A DNA stretch of 64,000 nucleotides from contig OX597814.1 of NCBI GenBank assembly GCA_951406725.2, positions 145,762,001 to 145,826,000 of the forward strand. Direction: 5' to 3'. The first letter of the stretch is position 1. Each line of letters begins with the position of its first letter. A program made the translations under genes and the position numbers. Under the pieces are notes generated by a model that saw nothing but the letters and a program-made list of their open reading frames with translations, ran no database searches and had not been told where the DNA came from. This document shows, in pieces, positions 1-12,730 of the stretch. The stretch comes from Octopus vulgaris. Taxonomy: Eukaryota.

Positions 1-98
1 GGTTAACCACAGTAAATAAGGTACTCAATACATATGAGCTTCCTGAAGATTTCTCTTGAATGAAACAGTTCTAGTCCTGTAGAAGCTCCTTCTATATA

Positions 99-149
<51 letters not shown>

Positions 150-153
<4 letters not shown>

Positions 154-250
154 TAATCCAAACGGGAAAACAGAAAAAACAACAACACGTGGAACAATTA
201 CAGTATTATTATTATTATTAGGCGCTCAGGAAAATGGAAGAAGGAGGGTG
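150..250 (-). mobile_element. 3' terminus of a Neptune-like Penelope element (same family as 6067-10311)
   Basis: Matches the reverse complement of 10203-10311 (gttaatccaaac...cgtggaacaatta...gcgctcaggaaa...gaaggaggg) and abuts a (TA)n tract. Confidence 0.75.
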
Positions 251-252
251 AA

Positions 253-583
253 GGCGCATGGCTCAGTGGTTAGAACGTCGAGCTTACGATCGTGAGGTTG
301 TGAGCTCGAATCCCGGACCAGGCTGCGTGTTGTGTTCTTGAGCAAAGCACTTTATTTCACGTTGCTCCAGTTCACTCAGCTGTAGAAATGAGTTGCGACG
401 TCACTGGTGCCAAGCTGTATCGACCTTTGTCTTTCCCTTGGATAACACTGGTGGCGTGGAGAGGGGAGGCTGGTATGCATGGGCGACTGCTGGTCTTCCA
501 TAAACAACCTTGCCCGGACTTGTGTCTAGGAGGGTAACTTTCTAGGTGCAATCCCATGGTCATTCATGACCGAAGGGGGTCTT

Positions 584-585
<2 letters not shown>
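253..585 (+). mobile_element. tRNA-derived SINE
   Basis: tRNA-like head with A box (tggctcagtggt) and B-box-like gctcgaatcc, followed by a core-like gtgttcttgagcaaagcacttt; ends at (TA)n. Confidence 0.8.
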
Positions 586-624
<39 letters not shown>

Positions 625-626
<2 letters not shown>

Positions 627-788
627 CAGCGTCTTTAGTTGAGCAAATCGACCACAGGACTTACTCTTTGTACGCCTAGCACTTATTCTATCGGTTCCTT
701 TTACCGAACCACTAAGTTACGGGGACATAAACACTCCAGCATCGGTTGTCAAGCGATGCTGGGGGGACAAACACAGACACACACACAT

Positions 789-825
<37 letters not shown>

Positions 826-1002
826 CATATGCATATATACGACGGGCTTCTTTCAGTTTCCGTCTAACAAATCCACTCACAAGGCTTTCGTCGGTTCGAG
901 GCTATAGAAGAAGACACTTGCCCAAGATGCCACGCAGTGGAACTGAACCCGGAACCATGTGGTTGGTAAGGAAGCTACTTACCACACAGTCACTCCTACG
1001 CC
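625..1002 (-). mobile_element. tRNA-derived SINE, family B (internal TA/TG microsatellite)
   Basis: Reverse complement reads ggcgtaggagtgactgtgtggtaagtagc...gggttcagttcc...ttgggcaagtgtctt; further copies at 10410, ~58345 and 63084. Confidence 0.8.
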
Positions 1003-1789
1003 TATACGCGTATATGGGTACACGACAATACAAACCGTAAACAACATGAAATATGAAAACAGATGTGTTAAGTACGCAAAGAACGAGAGAAACAAATGGA
1101 AAACAAGACAAGTAACATAATGAACGACCTTTCATCAGTTGTCGGCTGTCCATCTTCTTGTCATTTCGAGCATTGTCATACATTGGCATAGTCATGTGGT
1201 TAAGTTCCCAAAGCTGCTCTGCAGTAATATTTTAGTAGAAAGGAATCAGTGTAGAAACTTTTGTAAATATGTGCGTGTATATACACTCAAGCACGAGCTC
1301 ACGCACAAAAACACACATACACACACACACTCACACATGCGCTCATGCATACGCACAATCACACACAAGCAGATATATGTGTGTCTGTGTGTGAGTGTAT
1401 GTAGGTTATGTGTGTGTGTGAGTATTCATGCGTGTTTGTGTGTATATATCTATGCGTACGTGATATTTTCCTCGTCCTAGCGCATTCCTAAATACCAACG
1501 TTTATTTTCTAGTGTCACTTTCTCTCCCATAACTTTGGAAATTCAACAACGTAAGATGGATAAAATATGTACAAGACTGAAATAACTACTAAGGTCAATA
1601 TGATCAAGTAAACCTTGGAAACGATTCATGTAGAACTTTCTTCTTTAGTTTTTTGGCGTCTGCCAAGAGTGTGTTTCAGTATAGTCTGTTCCATTTTTCC
1701 TTCTCTTAGGTTTGAGCATATCTTATACATCCATATTAATTTGAAGTTTTGGTTCGAGTACAACGATTACGGGGGTGATTACAACGACA

Positions 1790-1936
1790 CAAGTAAACAA
1801 CTAGTACTTATTAATATTTTATTTATCTCGAAATGATAAACTAAACATCAGCCGAATTTGAACTCCAAACGTAAATACGGACGAAATACCGCTAAGAATT
1901 TTTTCGGCGTCCTAACGATTCTTTTAGATCGCCGCC
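1790..1936 (-). mobile_element. SINE family C, degenerate copy
   Basis: Similar to the reverse complement of 31694-31900 (ggcggc...cgttag...cttagcggtatttcgtc...gagttcaaatt). Confidence 0.65.
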
Positions 1937-2225
1937 ATATCTTATCCACCAATATTAGATTATCAGTACATAAATAATACATGTAACACCCTTGATAGCA
2001 GATCGATATATAGTAGGGGAAATGCCTTGAATCTGTTTATATTTCATATAACATATTTGAAACACAATTTATTCTCCCGTAATCCAATCGGGACTGTATG
2101 ACATTGCACATTTGGTTACCTCTAAGTACAAAAAGGTTCCCCAAAACGTTACTGCTTACGTAGTGAAGTACTGTCATCTACGCGTATTATGGTATCCAGT
2201 GGCATATTGGTTTAACATTTTAGTA

Positions 2226-2423
2226 CAAGACCAGCAATTTCGGAGGAGGGAATGAATCGATTGCATCGGTCCTCAAGTACTGAACTGATACCTATTTTAT
2301 GGACACCGAAAAGATGAAAGACAATGTCAACCTCGGTGGAATTTGAACTGAGAACAAGGAGACTGATGAAATGTCGCTAAGCATTTTGCCCAGTATACTA
2401 ACGACTTTTCCAGCTTGCCACCT
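2226..2423 (-). mobile_element. SINE family C
   Basis: gatgaaagacaatgtcaacctcggtggaatttgaact...gctaagcatttt matches other family C copies. Confidence 0.7.
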
Positions 2424-2699
2424 TGTAGTACCCAGCTACTTATTGGTTATTAGCAGTATTGACAGAGCAATGGAAATTCATACGGCGGTATTAGATGTCA
2501 ATATGAAATTACATAGATAAAATCCTGCTATAGTTGACTTAACATTTCATCCAGAAAATTTATACTTATGAATATTAGGCCACGTATTAGTGGGGTTCAT
2601 GGTGCATCCCACTTGTTATTTACTTTATAGTATAGTATTTTCATGTAGCCCTAGGTCTAAAAATCAGAAAATTGATGTTGCCAGAAAAACAACTTGGAC

Positions 2700-4780
2700 G
2701 GCAGATACATGTATGGACTTTTTGACCCCGCCCTCTTTCTTCTTCAGCCTTTCGGCCTTTTTTCTTCAACTATGCCCGGTACCTCACATTCTTTTCGATG
2801 TTTATTGCTAGCATTGAACATTCTCATCTCGGTGCGAAGGATCTGTAAAAGAGAGGTGTAATCGATGTAGTGAGATCCTTTATTCCTGAAAATAGGTGTG
2901 TTGTCGACAAGACAATCGTAGAAACTTTTATGAAGCATGCAAAATCAAAAGGTGGAAGTGGTTCAACTGGAGCGGGAAGTAGCTGTCTGCAGACAAACTA
3001 CAGTGTCTATCAAAGATGAACAAAATCAGGTAAAGAACGAGCCAAATTCCTTAAGGCTACATTTTGTGTAGCGGGAATGTCTGATGAAGAAGACAAAGGA
3101 CTGCAACATCGGGATGTTCGCCCTTGTGAAATTGCGACCAGCGAGAAACTTGTCTCAAGGACCATTGCTGCTATCAAGCGTTTCAACAAAACTTTCAACG
3201 TCTCAAATGATGGAAAGTTGTACAATCTAACATCCGGCTCTCCAGCTTCGGAAGAATTTGCGAAGGACATCCTCACTGGAAGACCGCTGGTAGACTAGCA
3301 AAGGCAGACATCAATAGAAAACACAATGAGAAAGGATGGCTTCTTTGATCCTATTAAACACCCAAAGTGGAAAACCTTGGTACACATGCACAAGTCCATG
3401 AAACTCTTAATTTCTCAAAGCAAAGTTGTCGAGTACAAGCAGCAGAGAAACATAGCGCTTCACTTACTAGTGAAGCCTCAAGCACAGATTGATCGGAAGC
3501 TTGTCCTTCACAAACTGTTGACTGGCAGTCAGGTTTTTAGCAAAAACAGTCAAATCGAAAAGCTTCAAACATGTTTTGAAAAATATGCTGATGCACAGTT
3601 ACCTGATCCAAGACAGAGCTTCATCATAGAGGATGGAACTGCAGTGTTCCATTACTTGCGTGAGATTCCACAAACATTCGGAGAAATATCTCGTAAGGTG
3701 TTGAGATCTGCGCTTCACCTGCTACCTGTCATATTTGGCACTGATATGTACAAGGAAAACTCTGTACAAGGGGTAGAACGAAACAGATGAGGTGTTTGAC
3801 ATATTCTGAGAGGTGAGAAAACAAATCGTCCGAAAGATCGGAAAGTCTTTCTTGAAAATGATGAGAACAAGACACAGTTCATTCAGCTTTTACTCACAAT
3901 TTGCAGGAGGGAGTTGTCTGCCGACATTCTCATCGGAAATGAGATGGTACTGATATGTGATACTTAACAGTTGATATTGGGTAGACATAACACATTCTGT
4001 CAAGAAATACACTCTCTCGAATATTCACAGGAAATACTGACACTCGTGAGATCCTGTATTGCATGTATGCCAAAGGGGGATGCAAATCCGTTTGCGTGAG
4101 AAGTCCCGATTCGCAGATTTTTCATCTTACTTCACCATACTAGATTCTTGGAAGGGCTTCAAACTCTGTTTGAAATTGGAAGACGACGCTCTATCGATGT
4201 GACCAGATTCGCTATGTCATCCACGCCTGTTCACTGTTCTACATTGCCAGGTTATCATGCTTTTACCGAGTGCGATAGTACCAGTGCCCTCAAAGAGAAG
4301 TGGGGAGCGAAGGGACTGAAAGTCGTTGAACCAGATGAATCATTCCAGAAAGCGTTCTCCAGGTTAGGGGAGTCTTAGGAATTTGACGAGGAGGTGATGA
4401 ATGAACTGGAGCGGTTCACATGTGTGCTGTATGGTAACAAAAGGGCAAAAAAGGTGAATACATTGCAGTTCACAGCCTTACGAGCAAAGTACGGTGGGAA
4501 GGATGATTTCACAAAATCTAAACAAGTCCATCTCGCTTCATTGCTCCCATGTAGAAACTTCCTCGAGCAACATGTTCGGCAAAGCAACTTCTAAACCAAG
4601 ATATAGAAGGTCGCGAACATTGCAAAGCCTTCACTGCCTATACCAGACAAAGGAAATGGACGGACGATGGAAGTTGGAATCATGAAGCTGAAATGGGCAG
4701 AGGGTGATGTGATGCTTCGTCATTTGGTGGATATTGTGGAAGAACTTGAAGATGAAATTGCGCATCACATTCTGATCCTG
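2700..4780 (+). pseudogene. Decayed transposase/XPG-nuclease ORF of an AcademX-like DNA transposon
   Basis: Frameshifted fragments carry DKTIVETFMKHAKSKGG, IIEDG, (H/Q)E-TDTR, VRSPDS, HAFTECDSTSA (H3TH-like HAFTGCD), LERFTCVLYG and LLPC..LEQH, in the order seen in XPG/PIN-type nuclease ORFs of Academ elements. Many stops; termini not found. Confidence 0.6.
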
Positions 4781-5404
4781 ATAGCGACAAAACTTAGTGA
4801 ATGTTATTACCTAGACACAGTAGGATCGGACAGTGATACTTAAAGTGTTGGTGATGATTATTAATCGGACATTTGAAACGACACAGGAATTTAATAGCTG
4901 GTTCAAAAATAATGTCATCATCATTATGTGGTGTATGTGGACGGAAGTAAGTCCAATGGATTATAAATTAATGAAACTAAGAACAGACATAAGATACAAC
5001 CAGGTAAGAATTAGGATAACTGCTTACTAGAAATTAGGATGAATGCTTACTGGAAATGTATTAATTATTTGATGTTTCATTTAAAATATTTATTCGGATG
5101 TACAGAGGTTATAGTAATAATTCCTTGTGTTAATGGAATCTGAAAGAGGTTCAGAGGCGCATCTGTGTAGTGAGAGTCAAGTAATTCCTTCCGTGTTAAG
5201 CTACTTAACATTACTTTGGTGAATTCAGCTTTATTTGGATGACGTTTTCGTTAATTCAGCAAATTTACACAAAATATATGTAAGGAATATCTATCGTTCG
5301 TCCTTGCTCTCTTTTTCTCTCTCTTTTTCTTTCTTGTTTTCTCTTTCATTTGTTTGTTTGTTTGTGACTTTCTTTCTTTCTTTCTGTCTCCCTTTGGATC
5401 TCTC

Positions 5405-5498
<94 letters not shown>

Positions 5499-5501
<3 letters not shown>

Positions 5502-6030
5502 GGTGTCCCAAAAAATGCATACACACCTTAAATAATTGTAAATTTGGGGTTTATTATAATTCGAATAATTTTCAACGTGTAAAAGAATTTACAAATATCA
5601 TTCTATTGTCTTGTTATCGCATGTTCTCAAACTGATGTCCGTTCTGCTCCAGACACTGCTGACGACGCGAAGCGATGGAATGGCACACATCATGGAACAA
5701 TTCCCTTGGGATATTCGTACATTCATGTTCCATGGTTGCCCTCAATTGAACGACTGTTGCAGGTTTCTGTGCGTAGACTTTGTCCTTTAGGTATCCCCAT
5801 AAAAAGAAGTCTAGTGGTGTGAGGTCTGGTGAACGTGGAGGGTATTCGACAAAACCTCTCCGTCCAATCCACCTGTTTGGCAAGATCCCACCAAGAAAGG
5901 ATCTAACATCGCAATGGTAGTGTGGAGGTGCCCCATCTTGCTGGAAATAAAACTCTTCCTGTTCAAATTCCTCTCTAATGCTTGGCATGACAGACTGTTG
6001 CAGTCTGTGTATACATTTTTTGGGGACACC

Positions 6031-6033
<3 letters not shown>
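5499..6033 (-). mobile_element. Internally deleted Tc1/mariner element, DD41D (rosa/Visitor-type)
   Basis: ~27-bp TIRs (cagggtgtcccaaaaaatgcatacaca / tgtgtatacattttttggggacaccctg) flanked by TA; ORF 5614-5988 has FQQD-41 aa-D (SPDLTPLDFFLWG). Confidence 0.9.
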
Positions 6034-6066
<33 letters not shown>

Positions 6067-6068
<2 letters not shown>

Positions 6069-7457
6069 TCCCACATACATGATACCAACCACGCCCTCCG
6101 TCTCTTCAATTCCTTTTCCTTCCCTTCCAGCCCCTCACACCTCCTCTTCACCCTTGACATCAAATCACTGTATACGGTGATTCCCCACAACGACGGTCTC
6201 CTAGCTCTCCAACACTTCCTCGACCGTCGCCCCGACCCCACCCCTCCTCCGCCTGGCAGAGCTCGTCCTAACCCTCAACTGTTTCACGTTCGCCGGGGAA
6301 ACGTACGAACAGATGTCCGGGGTCGCCATGGGAACGAGAATGGGTCTCAATTTCGCCAATCTCTTTGTTGGCTACATTGAGGCCCAAGTATTCTCCCAAT
6401 TCTCCAGGCCGACCCCAGAACTATACGGTCGTTACATAGACGACTGTATAGGCGCCACCTCCCTTTCCCGCGAACAACGCTGCCACTTCATCTCTTTCCT
6501 CTCTAACTTCCACCCCTCTCTACAATTCACTTCCACCATATCCAATACTTCCGTTAACTTCATAGATATCTCACTCAGCATCGACCACCCCTCCGCCTTC
6601 TTCAAACCCACGGATTCCCACCTCTATCTCAACTCCTCCTCCCATCACTTCCACACCAAACGGGCTATCCCCTACTCCCAGTTCCTCCGCCTCCGACGCT
6701 TGTGCAGCCGCGACCAGGATTTCGAGACCCAGTCTCAATACCTGGCCCGCCTGTTCAGGCTTCGAGGACACCCACCTACCCTGGTCTTGAACGCCCTCGC
6801 CCGCGCTCGTCGCATCGACCGCACCACCGCCCTTTCTCCTTCCAATCACCCACCCCCCAACCGCACCCCCTTTCCCCTCCTTTTCCACCCCTCTACTCTA
6901 CCCCTTCGTCGGAAGATACTTCTCGCCTTCCGTCGTCTCCAGCTCGATTCCACGACCCACCCCTGTCCTCCTTCAAACGAGCCCGGAATCTACGCGACCT
7001 CCTGGTCCGTAGCACCCTCCCTTCTTCCCCCTCGGCCCCACACGGATCCTTCCCATGCACCAGATCCCGCTGCAACACCTGCCCCTTCATCACCAACACC
7101 ACTGCTGTCACCGGTTCCAACCGGCGAACTGTACGTATCAGGTATTCCTTTACGTGCACCTCGTCTGGACTCATATACTGCATTAAATGCAACCGCTGCA
7201 GGATGCTGTATATAGGACAGACGGGACGCCGGTTGTCAGACCGATTCACTGAGCATCTGCGGGATGTTCGTCTTTTTTCCAATTCTCCCGTCGCACGGCA
7301 CTTCCGCTCAGCCAACCATTCCCCCGATGACATCTCGGTGTTTGGCCTTGCCCCACACAACGGCTCTCCCCAATCTAGGCTTCACTTGGAGCAACGGTTC
7401 ATATTCCTTCTACGGACTCTAACCCCACACGGACTCAACACAGCCTTCTCCTCTTAG
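6067..7457 (+). pseudogene. Frameshifted PLE reverse transcriptase and GIY-YIG endonuclease
   Basis: LDIKSLYTVIPH, GVAMGTRMG..FANLFVG, RYIDD, FKPTD, Cys linker CTRSRCNTC, LIYCIKCNRC..LYIGQTGRRLSDRFTEH, E..FI..L.TL.P.GLN spread over several frames. Confidence 0.92.
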
Positions 7458-7559
7458 TGACTGCGCTCCACTTCTCCCCCGCATCTTTTATTTTTTATTT
7501 TTTATTTTTTGTTTCTTAATTATTATTTTTAATTTTTTTAAATTTTTATAATTGTCCTT

Positions 7560-8781
7560 ATGCAGTCACACACACACAAATACTCACGTACCCACGTACA
7601 CACCTACTCCCAACACACCACACACACACAACGTACATGCACATGTACGCACACATACTTCCACACCCATACACACACCCACACACCCCCACGTGCACAC
7701 ACACACATGCCCGTGCACACACACCAGGGACAATACTCATACAGATACGCACACTCCTATAAACACCTAGCTGGGACGCACAGATACACGCACGTAAGCG
7801 CACACATGCACATGTACCTTACGCCCACACAACTCCAACTCCCCCACACGTATACATTCACACACACACACATACATACACACACATAATACATACATAG
7901 ATACATTCATACATACATACATACACACACACGCACACATACATACATACATACATACATACATACATACATACATTCATACATACATACATACATACAT
8001 ACATACATTCATACATACATACACACACACACATACATATATACACACACCTACATACACACACACATACATACACATATGCACACATACATACATTCAC
8101 ACACACACATACATACACACATACATACACACACATACATATACATACATACATACATACATACACACATACCCACACACACACGCACGCACACATACAT
8201 ACACACATACATACATCCATCCATACACACACGTACACACACACATACATACAACACACATACACACATACACACAAACATACATACACACACAAACACA
8301 CAATCACATACATACACACATACACACACATACATATACATACATGCATACACACACATACACAAATACACACATACATACACACACACATACACACATG
8401 CATATATGCATACACACATACATACACACACATACATATACACACATGCGTACAAACACGCACATACACACATACACGCATGCACACATACATACATATA
8501 TACACATACACACACACTTACATACATACATACATACACACACACATACATACACACACATACACACATATATACACACATACATACATAGACACATATA
8601 TACATACACACACATACATATACATACATACATACAGACACACACATGCACACATACACGCATGGACACATACATACATACACACACGCGTACATATACA
8701 TACATGCATACACATACACATACACACACACACTTACACACATACACCCGTCCATAAATACATACACACACACTTACATAC

Positions 8782-8828
<47 letters not shown>

Positions 8829-9049
8829 TACACACATACATACATATATACACACATACAAACACACATACATACATAGATACATACATACACAAACATA
8901 CATATACATACATACATACATACATACATACACACATACACACACATACACACATACACACATACACACACACGCACGCACACATACATACATACACACA
9001 CATACATACACACACACACATACATACATACATACACACTTACACACAT

Positions 9050-9086
<37 letters not shown>

Positions 9087-10020
9087 TACATACATACGCA
9101 CATACACACACACACATATACATACATACACACATACACACACATATATATACATACATACATACACACACATACATAAACATACATACACACATACGTA
9201 CATACATACATACACACACACATACATACATACGTACGTACATATATACATACACACACATACATACACACATACATACGTACATACACACATACACACA
9301 CACATACATACATACATACACGCATGCATACACACATACACACACACATACACACATACATACACACACACACGCATACATATACATACATACATACACA
9401 TACACACACATACACACATACATACACACACACATATAAACACATATATAAGCCTCTACATTGTACACACACGCACACATATATACATACATTCACTCGC
9501 ACGCACGTACACACACACGCACACACACACACATTTACATATATATATATACTATACACTCACACACACATACACGCGTACAAACACACACAAACTCACA
9601 TACACACCGACATATATACATACACAATATACACCTAACCGCGCACGCACACATACACACAAACACATACAAACGCACACATACACGCACACACATACAC
9701 GTACATACATACACTCTCACACAAATAAACCCACATATACACCCCTACACACACACACGCACGTACAAGCACACACGTACTAGGTTACGCCACACACCCA
9801 CACTCTACGTATACACACACGAACACACACATGCACACACACACACACTACAAACAACACATACACTATGATACATATAGCCCTTTGTTTTTTTACACAA
9901 ACAGCTAGCAGTCATCACCACAGCTGGCTTTGTCATTACCTTTATTCATCAAAAAATACACACACACACACATGCACGCACAAACACACTTGTCATCGTG
10001 CACACACACACACACACAGA
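7560..10020 (+). repeat. ~2.5 kb compound (CA)n/(CATA)n degenerate microsatellite
   Basis: Directly visible; source of the H/T/Y and V/C/M ORFs in the track. Confidence 0.97.
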
Positions 10021-10171
10021 GGCATTCCCTTTTTTTGGAACTCTCTTGCATTATAAAACCATTTTTCAACTACCTCCAAATTCTGTTCTTTTCAACATGT
10101 GATCTCTTAAGCACCACCAGCTCAAATATTGTCTCCTCTGTCTTCCCTCCTTGGGATCTTTCCTTCTCCTT

Positions 10172-10206
10172 GTTTCCGACGAAGAGCTCCACTCGAAAGG
10201 TTAAAC
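10172..10206 (+). ncRNA. Degenerate minimal hammerhead ribozyme in PLE 3' end
   Basis: gttt-CCGACGA-a-gag/ctc-GAAA-gg-TT-aaac; two point changes versus the intact core CTGACGA..GAAACGTT in the sister copy at 56357. Confidence 0.6.
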
Positions 10207-10307
10207 CCTCCTTCCCTTCTTTCCTGAGCGTCAATAATACTTTAATTGTTCCACGTCCTGCGTTGCTGTGTTTTTTTCTCTTTTTTTCTGTGTTTTCTTG
10301 TTTGGAT

Positions 10308-10375
<68 letters not shown>

Positions 10376-10409
10376 CATAAATGTGTGTGTGTGCGTGTGC
10401 GTGTGTGCA

Positions 10410-10552
10410 GGTGCGGGAATGGTAAGTAGTTTGCTTACCAACCACATGGCTCCAGGTTCAGTCCTACTGCGTGCACCTTCGGCTTCTATACCCTCGGGCC
10501 AACCAAAGACCTCTGAGTGGATGAGGTAGACGGAAACTGAAAGTAACCTGTC

Positions 10553-10555
<3 letters not shown>
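10410..10555 (+). mobile_element. SINE family B, partial
   Basis: tggtaagtagtttgcttaccaaccacatgg...gtagacggaaactgaaag. Confidence 0.75.
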
Positions 10556-10595
<40 letters not shown>

Positions 10596-10670
10596 TTGAG
10601 TTGTGGGGTATCGCACGAGTGGGATTATATAAGAAAAAAGGTTTGAAAATGCAATTTAAACGATGTTTAT

Positions 10671-10715
10671 TTACTTAACCGGTTTCACTCTTTGGTAAAA
10701 GATTGTCAAAAGTTA
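10671..10715 (-). ncRNA. Minimal hammerhead ribozyme, U3-A8 core variant
   Basis: Minus strand: actt-TTGACAA-tcttt(tacc)aaaga-gt-GAAA-ccgg-TT-aagt; palindromic accggt stem III; base of stem II imperfect. Confidence 0.6.
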
Positions 10716-10727
10716 CATTTAAGGAAA

Positions 10728-10950
10728 CATTGAATAATATGGGTTCAAAAAAGTTTTTTACATAATTGTCACATTGAATATTATGCATTCAAAAAAGTTT
10801 TTTACATAATTGTCACATTGGATATTATGGGTTCAAAAAAGTTTTTTACATAATTGTCACATTGAATATTATGCATTCAAAAAAGTTTTTTACATAATTG
10901 TCACATTGGATATTATGAATTCAAAAATGTTTTTTTATACATAATTGTCA
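10728..10950. repeat. 44-bp minisatellite, 5 units
   Basis: Units start at 10728, 10772, 10816, 10860 and 10904 (cattgRatattatg..ttcaaaaaagttttttacataattgtca). Confidence 0.95.
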
Positions 10951-11069
10951 CATTATTTGGGAAAATTTGGCAGAAAAGGATAAAACAAATATATTATTGG
11001 GAATTGGTTGCGTTAATTATTGGTTGTCGCAAATTGTCACATTACATGTATATATATACAATCTTTGGT

Positions 11070-11520
11070 ATATATATACAGCGTTTTGACAGCAAAAATT
11101 AAAATGGATTTTTTGTACATCTCAAAACGCTGTATATATATGAATGGTGCCATTCATACCATGGGCTCCAAGAGAGCGTTTGTCGAAAAGCTTGCTGCGC
11201 ATTTTGTTGGAGATTTAAGTTCCTGGATTTTCCTGAAGAGAAAGCTGCAAAATGGTCTCCTTATTCAATCCGAATTAGGGACTTTGCAGCCTTTGAAACA
11301 TATGTAGAAAATAATAAAAAGGAATTTTGTAAAATCTTCGTTCAGCTCCATTTCTTCCCTCACTAAATATAAAAAACTTCAAATTTCCGCACTAAGGCAC
11401 GGTTTTGAGACCCCATGGTCGTAACCTCAACCATGATTTTTCTGTTGTGATTTTTGCTACCCAGGTATAGGTTATAATTTGAATAATCCGTAACAAGATA
11501 ATTCATTTATCCATTTCAAT
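11070..11520 (+). mobile_element. Solo pseudo-LTR of a sister subfamily of the intact PLE at 43-47 kb, with a small 5' fold-back
   Basis: Colinear with the reverse complement of 42991-43370 (catgggctc, CTGAAGAgaaag, cgttcagctccatttctt, gcacggtt, gatttttgctac..aggtat.ggtta); 19-bp inverted repeat at 11070-11140. Confidence 0.85.
11227..11312 (+). ncRNA. Type I hammerhead ribozyme
   Basis: attttc-CTGAAGA-gaaagctgcaaa...tttgcagccttt-GAAA-catatg-TA-gaaaat; all core nucleotides and three stems present. Confidence 0.85.
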
Positions 11521-12469
11521 AAAAAAATATATATATATACTCTAATATCGACACACACATATATATATTCATTATATACACACATGCATATACACACATA
11601 CACATACAAACATACTCACACACTCATACACACCTACACACATGCATATAGATATAAATATAAACCGGGATTTCACCACATGTCATATAAGAAGATATTT
11701 CAAATACACAATTATTAGAATTTGACATGTATGTATTAGTATGATTGTAACACAATACACAAATCCCGGTGAATACATCTAAGCATTGATTCACTAAATG
11801 AGCGCTCAAAAATAATTTTGAAATATGTGAAAAAAGGGAAAATCTGTGAGTGAAATAAATATTCGAAATGAACACATCTCGAATACACCCACAACTTTTA
11901 TCATTATATTCATCCTATCTTAAAGGCATCTCAGTATTTAGTCGTCTGCTCGCCTCATCAAGTCGTGCGGCATACGACAGATTGCTGTAAAGCCACATTA
12001 TAAATCACATCAGGTTAGACAGATTTAAGTATAATATTGCCAAGTTATGCAAAGGGAATGAAGTGGCCCTGTTTTTATGACGTAGTAAAAATGCCTGTGA
12101 ATTGTTTGACATGGAAATACATTGAGAAAAGTTAACATTCAGGGAAACATTTTTACGTATGTATTAAATAAACCCATAGGATGTACATAGAGCATATCTT
12201 AAATGGTGTAGTCGGATCTACAACTAAACAGTATATGAAATACATAAACGGGAAAAATTCACGTAAAAATTACCCATGGCTAAATGTACTTTTATATGTA
12301 TAATTACATTATGTTAACCTTCCAAGGTATCTAAATGTTTTGTTGATTTCCCCATTATATTCAGTTTAAATAAGTTATATTCCACTGAAGCTGTGCTATA
12401 AATAGCAGGCGGCCATGCCCGGTTGTATATAGCGACTAGTAAGCAATATAGATTCGAGTAGTCCCGAAT

Positions 12470-12730
12470 ATTTTCATATCCGCTGTTTCCAGGATGAGCG
12501 GACTAGACGTCGCGAAGAAAAGCGGAGACAGCTCAAGGAAAGTCAGCCATTTTCGCTGATCTCAGTGTAATCGGACATGTGCCTCCAGAATCGGCCTTTT
12601 CAGCCACTAGAAGGTCTGCCAATACCACCAAGACAACCTCTAATGATCAAAGACGACGTCTTCATCTGTCTCAAGACATACTGCCTTAAACAAGTAAGCA
12701 AGTAAGCAGAAAATAATAAATAAATAAGGC
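12470..12730 (+). mobile_element. 3' end of an RTE-clade LINE
   Basis: Translates to ..RTRRREEKRRQLKE..CNRTCASRIGLFSH (RTE C-terminal zinc-finger-like motif); short tandem/A-rich tail. Confidence 0.65.

Larger units (their letters stand above)
6067..10311 (+). mobile_element. 5'-truncated Neptune-like Penelope element with microsatellite-expanded 3' UTR
   Basis: RT + GIY-YIG coding remnant, then a CA-rich tract, then a hammerhead-bearing terminus shared with 150-250 and 56268-56450; (TA)n on both sides. Confidence 0.8.

Noticed and set aside
253-325. tRNA-like sequence
   Set aside because: SINE head continuing into a SINE body; no clean acceptor stem
1120-1175. Minus-strand GAAA...CTGATGA, possible type II hammerhead
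   Set aside because: Could not form stems I and III
7552-9871. Long ORFs (up to 379 aa) of V/C/M/Y or H/T/I/Y
   Set aside because: Translations of (CA)n/(CATA)n microsatellite, open in many frames on both strands; same for the YI, HT and poly-T/S/L ORFs elsewhere
10728-10950. Regularly spaced repeat resembling a CRISPR array
   Set aside because: Head-to-tail units without unique spacers; eukaryotic context; no cas genes
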